From NCBI GenBank assembly GCA_041687715.1, contig JBDNJO010000002.1, forward strand, positions 1 through 54,393: 54,393 nt of DNA, written 5' to 3'. Positions 9,235 through 17,828 of this stretch are shown piece by piece (position 1 is the first letter of the stretch; every line of letters starts with the position of its first letter). The position numbers and the translations under genes are program-made. This DNA is from Candidatus Nanopelagicales bacterium (GTDB lineage: Bacteria > Actinomycetota > Actinomycetes > S36-B12 > UBA5976). The notes under the pieces were generated by a model. It saw only the letters and a program-made list of their open reading frames with translations. It was not told the origin of the DNA and did no database searches.

Positions 9235-10173
9235 TTACTTTGAATTGACTTTTGTCACAGCGTTGACAACTGCTTCTACAAAATCAACTGTGCGAGGTCC
9301 CCAGCGCGAGGCAATATCGTCATCAAGTTCGATGACACTCCCAGATGTAACTGCAGTTAGATTTGCAAAACCTGGACGCTGCGCCAATGTTTCGGCAGTT
9401 TGACCACAACATTTTGTATCTGCGAGGAAAACAAGCGTTGGATCTGTAGCAACAATGAACTCGGGTGAAAGTTGTGGGTACCCACTTTCAGCACCTGTTG
9501 CAACGTCAGCAATGTTTGTTAATCCTGCGAGGGCGTAAACGGCTCCAATGAAAGTTGCCGAGGTAACAGTGTACAAAGTGTCATCTAATTCATGGTAATA
9601 AGTTAAACCTGAGGTTCCAGCTGGTAATTTTGCAATCGCAGCCGTAATTTTAGATTTCATTGAATCGACTAGTGCATCTGAATTTGCAGTCATTCCAGTA
9701 GCAATTCCAAGTTCTTGAATTTGGAAATAGGTATCGTCGAGTGATGTTGCCGCATATTGAACGAGTACAGGAATATTTGCTGAACTCAGTGCAGCCACAA
9801 TTCCATCAGTGTCATAAGCAACTACAACTAGATCTGGTGCTAAGGCCACAATTGATTCTAGATTCGGAGTGTATCCGGATAAGTCGGAAATAGGTGCTTC
9901 AGCTGGGAAGTTCGACTGGTCATCAACTGCAATAACTTGGCTGCCCGCATCAATTGCAAACAAAATTTCAGTCGCTGTTGCTGATAGCGAAATGATTGCA
10001 TTTGGCTGCTCATCAAGTGTTACCGATGTGCCGTTATTTTCGATAGTTACTGGAAAAGTAGCTGCCGAAGTGATAGCCGGGGCAGCAGATTGCGTTGAAG
10101 TTGCATTAGTTTGGCCACATGCAGTTAGCAACAATGCGCTAATAGCAACGACCACATGGATTTTTTTGAACAT
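9235..10173 (-). CDS. btuF: Lipoprotein substrate-binding protein of the ABC importer, probably corrinoid-binding
   Basis: It has a signal peptide with the lipobox LLTAC and the length and pattern of a class III periplasmic binding protein. It is the first gene after a cobalamin riboswitch. Confidence 0.82.
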   Translation of the reverse strand: MFKKIHVVVAISALLLTACGQTNATSTQSAAPAITSAATFPVTIENNGTSVTLDEQPNAIISLSATATEILFAIDAGSQVIAVDDQSNFPAEAPISDLSGYTPNLESIVALAPDLVVVAYDTDGIVAALSSANIPVLVQYAATSLDDTYFQIQELGIATGMTANSDALVDSMKSKITAAIAKLPAGTSGLTYYHELDDTLYTVTSATFIGAVYALAGLTNIADVATGAESGYPQLSPEFIVATDPTLVFLADTKCCGQTAETLAQRPGFANLTAVTSGSVIELDDDIASRWGPRTVDFVEAVVNAVTKVNSK

Positions 10174-10179
10174 GATTCT

Positions 10180-10385
10180 CCTTGTGTGGTCGAAGAAATA
10201 TCCGACTCAGCACACACAAGGTGTGATTCAGCGAACTCTTCCTCGAGAGTTGGTTTCGAAAACCACGTTTCCAGGCGACCTGACTTGTTGGAGTAAATCC
10301 ACTTCACAGTTGCGGGACAGCGCCGGAATTTCACCGGACTTCGCTGGTAACACGGTGTTGCGACTGTAGCACACAGTGGCGCCAG
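10180..10385 (-). promoter_or_regulatory. Cobalamin (AdoCbl) riboswitch with an SD-sequestering expression platform
   Basis: The reverse strand reads ...AGCGAAGUCCGGUGAAAUUCCGGCGCUGUCCCGCAACUGUGAAG...CAAGUCAGGUCGCCUGGAAAC. This is the conserved core plus B12 box. Downstream, CCUUGUGUG (plus-strand 10213-10221) is complementary to CACACAAGG (10180-10188), which overlaps the AAGGAG SD of btuF. Confidence 0.88.
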
Positions 10386-10423
10386 GTTTACTAACTAACG
10401 AGTTATTGAGTGAGTTAGTAAAC
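10386..10423 (-). other. AT-rich inverted repeat (13 of 14 bp arms, 10-nt loop) immediately 5' of the riboswitch; function unknown
   Basis: GTTTACTAACTAAC (10386-10399) pairs with GTGAGTTAGTAAAC (10410-10423). An A-run follows on the plus strand, which is a T-run preceding the hairpin on the minus strand. Confidence 0.6.
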
Positions 10424-10456
10424 AAAAAGAAAAAAGTTGAGGTTTGTTCGACAGTC

Positions 10457-10672
10457 TTATTCAGCAGGCTTCAGAGACATAGGTCCGTATGCTTCGTGAT
10501 CATCTTCGTAAAGTGTCACAGCCGATACGCCGCCCTCTATGAGTGCTTGCCAACTCTCGCCAATGTAAGTTTCTGCATCAGATTGCGAAGGAAACGGGGT
10601 TAGTACAGCTTCGGGTGGTAGTGCGTCCGCGGGGGAGCCGTCTTCATTTTGATAAATCCAAGTCCATGACAT
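10457..10672 (-). CDS. Small acidic hypothetical protein (71 aa)
   Basis: AAAGGAT SD 6-7 nt before the ATG. Composition is protein-like (MSWTWIYQNEDGSPADALPPE...). It fills the gap between the DUF3043 gene and the riboswitch. I recognise no motif. Confidence 0.6.
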   Translation of the reverse strand: MSWTWIYQNEDGSPADALPPEAVLTPFPSQSDAETYIGESWQALIEGGVSAVTLYEDDHEAYGPMSLKPAE

Positions 10673-10702
10673 GGGAGCATCCTTTCAAAAAATTGAAACT
10701 AG

Positions 10703-11290
10703 TTACTTCTTTACTTTTGGAGTAATTGGCTTACCACCAGGCTTGATACGTGGTGGCGGAATACGAAACCGGCGCAATTGCAGGGCGCGAAGAACGCCGT
10801 ACGAAACCGCACCCTTGCGTTGGGTTTTCTCGGGGAACTCATTCCGCAATGACTTGCCGAGCAGAATACCAACCAAGATTGTGTCGAGTACAACTAGAAG
10901 TAAAATCGCCGTCCATACGTAAATGACCACAACTTGAAGTGCAGCATTATTAATGAGGCCCAAAATCAAAACAATAAATGCCACAGGCACGAAGTACTCG
11001 CCGACGGTGCGCCTGCGGTCAATGTAATCACGTACTGCTGCTTTCACGGGGCCAGCATCGCGGCGTGGAAAATAGTTAGCATCTCCAGCCATCAACCCAG
11101 CCCGAGAAGTGGCGCGGGCAACTCGATCACGTTCGCGCGCGGCGCGTTTGGCAGCCTTTGGATCTTTTGGCACAGAAATGCCTTGCTTGCGGGCAGATTC
11201 AACATCCCTGCGCTTAGGAGTTGGCTTACCTTTACCTAATTCGGTATTTGATTTCTCATTGCTCGAACTGGTGTTATCGTCGGTGCTCAT
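10703..11290 (-). CDS. DUF3043-type membrane protein
   Basis: A basic N-terminus (GKGKPTPKRRDVE...RERDR...) precedes AGDANYFPRRDAGPVKAAVRDYIDRRRTVGEYF and two TM helices. This is the pattern I associate with actinobacterial DUF3043. Confidence 0.8.
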   Translation of the reverse strand: MSTDDNTSSSNEKSNTELGKGKPTPKRRDVESARKQGISVPKDPKAAKRAARERDRVARATSRAGLMAGDANYFPRRDAGPVKAAVRDYIDRRRTVGEYFVPVAFIVLILGLINNAALQVVVIYVWTAILLLVVLDTILVGILLGKSLRNEFPEKTQRKGAVSYGVLRALQLRRFRIPPPRIKPGGKPITPKVKK

Positions 11291-11314
11291 AACAAGTAAT
11301 GCTAACTTACGAGG

Positions 11315-12424
11315 ATGCGAGTACTGGTTAGCCCTGACTGTTTTACAGGCACGTTATCGGCAGTCGAGGCAGCAAATTCTATCCGTGCAGGATGGCTCCA
11401 AATTCATCCAGAAGATGAGGTCGTACTGGCCCCACTTTCTGATGGGGGTCCCGGTTTTGTGGGAGGCCTGCATGAAGTTCTTGGTGGCGAACTTATTTCA
11501 CTAATTGTTAGCGACCCATTGCGCAGGAAAACGCCAGCACAGTATTTACTTCGGGACAAGCAAGCATGGATTGAATCAGCTCAGGCATGTGGCTTGCATT
11601 TAATATCCAAGGAAGATCGCGACCCAAGAGTCACGACAACTTTTGGTGTGGGCGAAATAATCGCCGATGCGATAAATCGTGGCGCAACCAAGATCACAAT
11701 TGGACTCGGTGGAAGTGGCACCAACGATGCTGGCGCAGGAATGCTCGCCGCTCTCGGTGCAACTAGTGAGCGCAGTCTTAATGCTGGTGGCTCAGCATTA
11801 AAGGAACTTGCAAACCTTGATTTAACTCCAGTGTTAGCAAAAGTTGCGGGCATCGAATTAATTGCAGCAAGTGATGTAGACAACCCACTCTTGGGTCTGC
11901 GCGGTGCGAGCGCAGTTTTTGGCCCGCAAAAAGGCGCAGATGATTTTGCGGTTATGGAACTGGAGGGCGCGCTTGAGCATTTCAGTAAATTGTGTGGTCG
12001 CCGTTTTGATGGCAAAGATCCAGCCGTGGCACTTGGCGCGGGGGCTGCTGGCGGACTCGGCTTTGGACTTTTGCTAATCGGAGCCACTCGTGTTGCTGGC
12101 ATCGAAACAGTGCTTGAAATTGTTAACTTAGATCAGGAAATCAATCAGGCAGACATTGTTATTACCGGTGAAGGCCGCTTGGATGATCAGAGTCTGCATG
12201 GCAAGGTGATCGCAGGGGTTGCCAAGCACGCTTCACAATTAGGTAAACCTTGTGTGGTTCTTGCTGGGGAAGTGCGCCTTGGAAAACGAGAATGTGCCAA
12301 TGCTGGGATTGACTCGGCGTATTCCATGACTGAATTTGCAGGACTTGAACGTTCCTTGGCTAATCCGATTCAGGTCCTTACTGAGGTTTCTGCGCGAGTG
12401 GCCCAAAGCTGGGGTCGGCGATAG
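11315..12424 (+). CDS. glxK: Glycerate kinase
   Basis: 369 aa. MRVLVSPDCFTGTLSA... and GEGRLDDQSLHGKV are typical of the glycerate kinase family. Confidence 0.9.
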   Translation: MRVLVSPDCFTGTLSAVEAANSIRAGWLQIHPEDEVVLAPLSDGGPGFVGGLHEVLGGELISLIVSDPLRRKTPAQYLLRDKQAWIESAQACGLHLISKEDRDPRVTTTFGVGEIIADAINRGATKITIGLGGSGTNDAGAGMLAALGATSERSLNAGGSALKELANLDLTPVLAKVAGIELIAASDVDNPLLGLRGASAVFGPQKGADDFAVMELEGALEHFSKLCGRRFDGKDPAVALGAGAAGGLGFGLLLIGATRVAGIETVLEIVNLDQEINQADIVITGEGRLDDQSLHGKVIAGVAKHASQLGKPCVVLAGEVRLGKRECANAGIDSAYSMTEFAGLERSLANPIQVLTEVSARVAQSWGRR

Positions 12425-12556
12425 CGGTTCACTGCCAGCGATTAGTGGCCTGTAGGGATCGCTATTTATGCAACTCTCACGTAACCTAATACTAGCGACG
12501 GTGATACCGAGGCGTCGCGTGAGTGCTAGCACCGGCCGGCACCTAAAAGGAGAAAT

Positions 12557-12904
12557 ATGTCTACTGAAACTATCGAAACAAATAGCGTAGTAATTACTGA
12601 GACTGCTGCTGTAAAAGTTAAGACACTTCTTGATCAAGAGGGTCGCGATGACTTGAATCTACGTATTGCAGTTCAACCAGGTGGATGCTCGGGACTTCGT
12701 TACCAATTGTTCTTTGATGACCGCAGCCTCGATGGCGATGTTCGCCAGGAAATAAACGGTGTTGGTGTTGTTGTAGATCGCATGAGTGTTCCTTATCTTG
12801 GTGGCTCAGTAATTGATTTTGTGGACACGATTGAGAAGCAAGGCTTCACTATCGACAATCCAAACGCAGGCGGATCCTGTGCCTGTGGAGATTCCTTCAG
12901 CTAG
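12557..12904 (+). CDS. erpA: Iron-sulfur cluster insertion protein, HesB/IscA/ErpA family
   Basis: 115 aa with GGCSGLRYQL and a C-terminal GSCACGDSF. AAAGGAG SD is present. Confidence 0.92.
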   Translation: MSTETIETNSVVITETAAVKVKTLLDQEGRDDLNLRIAVQPGGCSGLRYQLFFDDRSLDGDVRQEINGVGVVVDRMSVPYLGGSVIDFVDTIEKQGFTIDNPNAGGSCACGDSFS

Positions 12905-12919
12905 AAAAACTTTTAAAAC

Positions 12920-12957
12920 AAAGCCACCCTTGCGTTTGCGAGGGTGGCTTTGTTGTT
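12920..12957 (+). terminator. Rho-independent terminator after erpA
   Basis: Perfect 11-bp stem AAAGCCACCCT/AGGGTGGCTTT with a 10-nt loop, followed by TGTTGTT. Confidence 0.78.
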
Positions 12958-12970
12958 AGGCTTTTTGACT

Positions 12971-13948
12971 GTGCGCATAGCAATTACCGGATCAGTTGCA
13001 ACAGATCACTTGATGACCTTCCCGGGCCTATTCAATGACTCATTGATGGCAGACCAACTTCACAACGTCTCTCTTTCATTTCTTGTTGATGATTTGCAAA
13101 TCCGGCGCGGGGGAGTTGCGGCCAACATTTGTTTTGGCATGGGAGTGCTAGGTGAGCGCCCACTTTTAGTTGCCGCTGTTGGGTCAGATTTTGCGGATTA
13201 TCAAAATTGGCTCGAGGATCATGGCGTAGATTGCGAACACGTTCATGTTTCAAAAACTGCGCATACTGCGAGATTCATGTGCACAACCGATCAAGAGCAA
13301 AATCAAATCGCTTCGTTTTATCCCGGCGCAATGAGTGAGTCAGTTGAACTTGACCTGACTGAGATTTCCAAAAAAGTTGGTGGCCTAGGGCTAGTTTTAA
13401 TTGGCGCCGATGATCCAATCGCCATGCGAAATCACACCCTGAAATGTAAAGAACTTGGTGTGCCTTTTGTGGCTGATCCATCGCAGCAATTGCCGCGACT
13501 AGATGGTCCGCAGACCATTGACATAGTCGATGGCGCAACATATTTGTTTAATAACGAGTACGAAGCCACTTTGATTGAACAGCGAACTGGCTGGAGCGCA
13601 GCCCAAGTGCTGGAACATGTTGGTGTTCGAATTACGACATTGGGTAAGAACGGTGTTCACATAACTTCGCGAGATGGCCTGGACCTTAAAGTTCCAGTAG
13701 CCCAAGAAAAATCGATTAAGGATCCAACGGGTGTTGGCGATGCGTTTAGGGCGGGATTTTTGACGGGTCTTGGCTGGGGTCTTGGTTTGGAAGTTTGCGC
13801 TCAAGTTGGCGCACTGCTGGCCACTTACGTTATTGAAACCATTGGCACCCAAGAATTTCAGCTCGATAGAAGTGAATTTGTGGTTCGACTTGAGCAGGCG
13901 TACGGAGCCAAGAGCGCACAAGAAGTTGCGGCCCACCTAGGCAAATAA
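12971..13948 (+). CDS. adoK: Adenosine kinase (PfkB/ribokinase family)
   Basis: From GTG 12971 it reads VRIAITGSVATDHLMTFPG...VSLSFLVDD...TAHTARF...DPTGVGDAFRAGF, which closely parallels mycobacterial AdoK. The ORF-track ATG 12944 lies inside the erpA terminator. Confidence 0.85.
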   Translation: MRIAITGSVATDHLMTFPGLFNDSLMADQLHNVSLSFLVDDLQIRRGGVAANICFGMGVLGERPLLVAAVGSDFADYQNWLEDHGVDCEHVHVSKTAHTARFMCTTDQEQNQIASFYPGAMSESVELDLTEISKKVGGLGLVLIGADDPIAMRNHTLKCKELGVPFVADPSQQLPRLDGPQTIDIVDGATYLFNNEYEATLIEQRTGWSAAQVLEHVGVRITTLGKNGVHITSRDGLDLKVPVAQEKSIKDPTGVGDAFRAGFLTGLGWGLGLEVCAQVGALLATYVIETIGTQEFQLDRSEFVVRLEQAYGAKSAQEVAAHLGK

Positions 13949-13954
13949 TTAGTT

Positions 13955-14698
13955 ATGGCGAACAGCGAAGTAAATGATTTTCCCGATCCCACTTTGGCTG
14001 CGCCCGACACAGACTTAATTGCGATTAGTGGATTTGATCGTGCGGGAAATTTGCTTGAAATTAATCCAGAAATTGAATGGCCAAAGTTAACTTTTTTTGG
14101 GTCATCTTGGAACAGCGATGTTTTACTTGCGGCATATCGAGCTGGAATGTTTCCAATGCCATATGAAATTTCGGGCAGAGACCAAGCTATTGGTTGGTGG
14201 TCTCCCCAGGAGAGGGCAATTTTTAGACCTCGCGACGTTGTTGTCTCAACTTCACTTAGTCGAGCAATTAGACAGTTCACGGTCACCATGGATCTGCGCT
14301 TTGAATCAGTAATTAAAGCTTGTGGTGACCCAGCTCGCCCCAGTGGCTGGATCAATCAAGAAGTTATTGACTCATTTTGTGGGTTACATGACCAAGGGAT
14401 AGCTCATTCCGTTGAAGTGTGGAACTTAGCCGGTCAGTTAGTCGGGGGCCTTTATGGCTTGGATCTTGGAGGTGTTTTTGCCGCAGAATCTATGTTTCAC
14501 CTCGAAAGCAACGCCTCAAAAGTTGCGCTGGCTTACCTAGGTCAGCGCCTAGATGATGGATCTGGGCGCATTATTGACACCCAGTGGCAGAGCAATCATT
14601 TGGCGTCCATGGGAGCAACAACTATGTCGCGCGCACGTTATTGCGCGCTACTTCCAGGGCTACTTTTACTCCCACCAGCATTTGCAAAAAACACCTAG
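13955..14698 (+). CDS. aat: Leucyl/phenylalanyl-tRNA--protein transferase
   Basis: 247 aa. LLAAYRAGMFPMP, WWSPQERAIF, GWINQEV, HSVEVWN..LVGGLYG and AESMFH..NASKVAL can be aligned by eye along E. coli Aat. Confidence 0.85.
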   Translation: MANSEVNDFPDPTLAAPDTDLIAISGFDRAGNLLEINPEIEWPKLTFFGSSWNSDVLLAAYRAGMFPMPYEISGRDQAIGWWSPQERAIFRPRDVVVSTSLSRAIRQFTVTMDLRFESVIKACGDPARPSGWINQEVIDSFCGLHDQGIAHSVEVWNLAGQLVGGLYGLDLGGVFAAESMFHLESNASKVALAYLGQRLDDGSGRIIDTQWQSNHLASMGATTMSRARYCALLPGLLLLPPAFAKNT

Positions 14699-14877
14699 AT
14701 TTGCGACTAGCAAAAACTATGTGATTTTGGTCCCTATGGTGGTCCCAAGCCCTCGTTAAGGAACCAATTGGGGTATTATTTGGAGTAAGAAAGCCCTGTA
14801 CTGACACGGTTATTTTGGTTATCCAAGCAACTACCCAGTCGAGGCTATTGGACTTAAGCATTAAGGATTGCGCCCAC

Positions 14878-15678
14878 GTGAAAACCCCGGTTAGTCGCAA
14901 GCAACTTCGCACTGCAGTTGCAGTAACGACGGCAGCAATCGCGCTCTCGGGTTGCTCAGTTGACAATGAATACGGGCGGTTGGCAATGCCTGCGCCGGCT
15001 ACCGAAGAAGGCAATCGAATTTTGTCTCTATGGCAAGGCTCTTGGGTCGCTGCACTTATCGTTGGGTTTTTTGTCTGGGGACTTTTAGTCTGGGCAATCG
15101 TTGCTTACCGTCGCAAAGAAGGCGATGGCCTTCCTAAGCAAACTCGCTACAACGTGCCACTTGAAATTCTTTATACCGTAGTCCCGCTGATGATGGTGTT
15201 AGCGCTGTTCTACTTCACGCAGCGTGATCAAACTATTCTCACCAAACTTGATAACTCCCAAACTCACAGCGTTAACGTTGTTGGCTGGCGCTGGTCTTGG
15301 GCGTTTAATTATGAAGAAGAAGGCGTATACGACCTTGGTACTCCGAGTGAACCCCCGGTTCTATGGTTACCAGTTGATGAAAAAGTTAAATTCGAATTAA
15401 CTTCGCCAGATGTTATTCACTCCTTCTGGATCCCTGCATTTTTAATGAAGATGGATGTAGTACCTGGACGTAACAATCAATTTGCAGTTACCCCAAATAA
15501 GGAAGGCGAATTCAAGGGAAAGTGCGCCGAACTTTGTGGCGTTGATCATTCGCGAATGCTTTTCGATGTGAAAGTGGTTTCCCGAGCCGAATATGACGCA
15601 CATATTGCAAGCTTAAAAGAACGTGGACAAATTGGCAGGATTGATTCAGGTCGATCCGAAGTAGCAGGAGTTTCCTAA
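14878..15678 (+). CDS. ctaC: Cytochrome c oxidase subunit II
   Basis: CuA site HSFWIPAF...[12 protein letters not shown] and an N-terminal lipobox LSGC. GTG 14878 is preceded by AAGGAT; the ORF-track ATG 14815 is possible but less likely. Confidence 0.9.
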   Translation: MKTPVSRKQLRTAVAVTTAAIALSGCSVDNEYGRLAMPAPATEEGNRILSLWQGSWVAALIVGFFVWGLLVWAIVAYRRKEGDGLPKQTRYNVPLEILYTVVPLMMVLALFYFTQRDQTILTKLDNSQTHSVNVVGWRWSWAFNYEEEGVYDLGTPSEPPVLWLPVDEKVKFELTSPDVIHSFWIPAFLMKMDVVPGRNNQFAVTPNKEGEFKGKCAELCGVDHSRMLFDVKVVSRAEYDAHIASLKERGQIGRIDSGRSEVAGVS

Positions 15679-17411
15679 TGGCAATTATCGATAAGCCAGT
15701 GCAGTACGAGCGACTAAATCAAGGTACGCAGGCACCGCTTCGGCCACCCGCCAAAAAGGGCAACAAAGTAGTCAAGTACATGTCTTCCACTGACCATAAG
15801 GTCATTGGCAACCTCTACATGATCACGTCATTTGTCTTCTTCGCAATTGCTGGCCTAATGGCGCTTGTAATGCGCGCTGAATTAGCGCGACCAGGTTTGC
15901 AATTTGTAAGCAATGAGCAATACAACCAGCTCTTTACAATGCATGGAACTTTGATGCTGTTCCTGTTCGCTACCGCGCTGTTTGCTGGCTTTGCCAACGC
16001 AATTATGCCGCTGCAAATTGGTGCGCCAGATGTTTCCTTCCCACGACTTAACATGATTAGTTACTGGCTATACCTATTTGGTGGGCTAATTGTGATGTTG
16101 GGCTTCCTGACACCGGGTGGCGCGGCTGGATTTGGTTGGTTTGCGTACGCACCACTTTCCAATGTAATCAACTCGCCAAACGTTGGCTCTGACCTATGGA
16201 TTATGGGTCTGGTTATGACTGGTTTGGCCAGCATCTTGGGCGCAGTTAACTTCATCACAACGATCTTCACTATGCGCGCGCCAGGTATGACAATGTTCCG
16301 CATGCCTATTTTTACTTGGAACATTTTACTGACAAGCGTTTTGGTATTGATGGCATTCCCAGTTCTTGCAGCTGCCTTACTAATGCTTGAGTCTGATCGA
16401 AAGTTCGGAACACAAGTATTCGATGCCGCCAACGGTGGCGCGATTTTATGGCAGCACTTGTTTTGGTTCTTCGGTCATCCTGAGGTTTACATTATTGCCC
16501 TGCCGTTCTTTGGAATTGCAACCGAAATTTTGCCAGTATTTAGCCGTAAGCCGATCTTTGGTTACAAGGGCTTAGTGTTTGCCACAATTGCAATTGCTGG
16601 ACTTTCGGTAGCGGTCTGGGCGCACCACATGTACGTAACGGGGGCAGTTAACTTGCCGTTCTTTTCGGCGATGACGATGCTCATAGCTGTGCCAACTGGT
16701 GTGAAATTCTTCAACTGGATTGGCACAATGTGGGGTGGTTCGCTCAGCTTCGAAACACCAATGCTTTGGACAATCGGATTCCTAACCACGTTCTTGTTCG
16801 GTGGCCTAACTGGCGTAATTTTAGCTGCGCCGCCGCTTAATTTTCACGTGAGCGATTCCTACTTTGTAGTTGCACACTTCCATTACGTGGTCTTTGGCAC
16901 TGTTGTGTTCGCTATGTTTGCCGGCTTTTATTTCTGGTGGCCAAAATTCACAGGCAAAATGCTAGATGAGCGCTTAGGAAAATTGCACTTCTGGTTAGTT
17001 TTCTTTGGCTTCCACATCACATTCCTAGTGCAGCACTGGCTAGGCGTGGAGGGAATGCCAAGACGGTACGCCGATTATTTGGCCAGCGATGGATTCACTA
17101 CGCTGAACATGATTTCAACCGCTGGCTCACTTGTTCTAGGTGCTTCGACGTTTATTTTCCTTTGGAATATTTACAAAACGCAGAAGTTTGCGCCAATGGT
17201 TAATTGCGATGACCCATGGGGCTGGGGAGCCTCACTGGAGTGGGCTACCAGTTGTCCACCACCGCGCCACAACTTTGTCGAAATTCCGCGCATCCGTAGT
17301 GAGCGCCCAGCCTTCGATTTGCACCACCCTGAAGTTGCTGCAATGGAGCAGGCTGACAGGGATAAAGCTTTCGAGAGCGCAGCTCATGGTTCCCAGCAAG
17401 TGGTTAAGTAA
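15678..17411 (+). CDS. ctaD: Cytochrome c oxidase subunit I
   Basis: 577 aa heme-copper oxidase with WFFGHPEVY and HHMY. Its ATG shares 1 nt with the ctaC stop. Confidence 0.97.
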   Translation: MAIIDKPVQYERLNQGTQAPLRPPAKKGNKVVKYMSSTDHKVIGNLYMITSFVFFAIAGLMALVMRAELARPGLQFVSNEQYNQLFTMHGTLMLFLFATALFAGFANAIMPLQIGAPDVSFPRLNMISYWLYLFGGLIVMLGFLTPGGAAGFGWFAYAPLSNVINSPNVGSDLWIMGLVMTGLASILGAVNFITTIFTMRAPGMTMFRMPIFTWNILLTSVLVLMAFPVLAAALLMLESDRKFGTQVFDAANGGAILWQHLFWFFGHPEVYIIALPFFGIATEILPVFSRKPIFGYKGLVFATIAIAGLSVAVWAHHMYVTGAVNLPFFSAMTMLIAVPTGVKFFNWIGTMWGGSLSFETPMLWTIGFLTTFLFGGLTGVILAAPPLNFHVSDSYFVVAHFHYVVFGTVVFAMFAGFYFWWPKFTGKMLDERLGKLHFWLVFFGFHITFLVQHWLGVEGMPRRYADYLASDGFTTLNMISTAGSLVLGASTFIFLWNIYKTQKFAPMVNCDDPWGWGASLEWATSCPPPRHNFVEIPRIRSERPAFDLHHPEVAAMEQADRDKAFESAAHGSQQVVK

Positions 17412-17413
17412 CC

Positions 17414-17809
17414 ATGAATATTGGTGGCAAGCTCTTTGGGCTAGGAACTTTGACTTATTTCTTTTTAGGTGCCGTGTATTGGTTTATGAGCCGTGACGTG
17501 ATTGGCACATCACTACTTTCACTCACGGGTGGACTTGCATTCCTAATCGCGTTTTATGTACTTTTCACCGATAAACGAGTCGGTGATCTGCCAGAGGATA
17601 ATGAGTTTGCGTTAATCTCTGACATAGACCCAGATTATGGTTTCTTCTCGCCATATTCTTGGTGGCCTTTCGTGATTGGCGCATCGGTGTTCATCTTTGT
17701 ACTCGGATTTGTTTTTGCAACTTGGATGATGGTGCTTGGAGTATTTGTCATTTTGTTAGCAGTAAACGGATTAATTTTTGAGTACTACCGCGGCGAATTT
17801 GCAAAGTAA
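17414..17809 (+). CDS. ctaF: Cytochrome c oxidase subunit IV (actinobacterial CtaF)
   Basis: 131 aa four-TM protein starting 2 nt after ctaD. Confidence 0.82.
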   Translation: MNIGGKLFGLGTLTYFFLGAVYWFMSRDVIGTSLLSLTGGLAFLIAFYVLFTDKRVGDLPEDNEFALISDIDPDYGFFSPYSWWPFVIGASVFIFVLGFVFATWMMVLGVFVILLAVNGLIFEYYRGEFAK

Positions 17810-17828
17810 TTAGGCAGCAGGCACTTTA

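Noticed and set aside
10386-10423. The hairpin as an intrinsic terminator for the 71-aa ORF or for a plus-strand transcript.
   Set aside because: On the minus strand the U-run precedes the stem, and on the plus strand an A-run follows it. Neither orientation gives stem plus U-tract.
12425-12556. Structured 132-nt leader or roughly 40-codon upstream ORF before erpA, with nested stems CTCACG...CGTGAG and GCGACG...CGTCGC.
   Set aside because: The stems are short and I recognise no known riboswitch or leader motif. The small ORF has no SD and runs into erpA out of frame. I cannot distinguish it from chance without comparative data.
14740-14760. Direct repeat TGGTCCC-N5-TGGTCCC in the aat-ctaC spacer, as a regulator site.
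   Set aside because: A single 7-nt repeat with no palindromy and no second occurrence that I could find in the window. It is within chance expectation.
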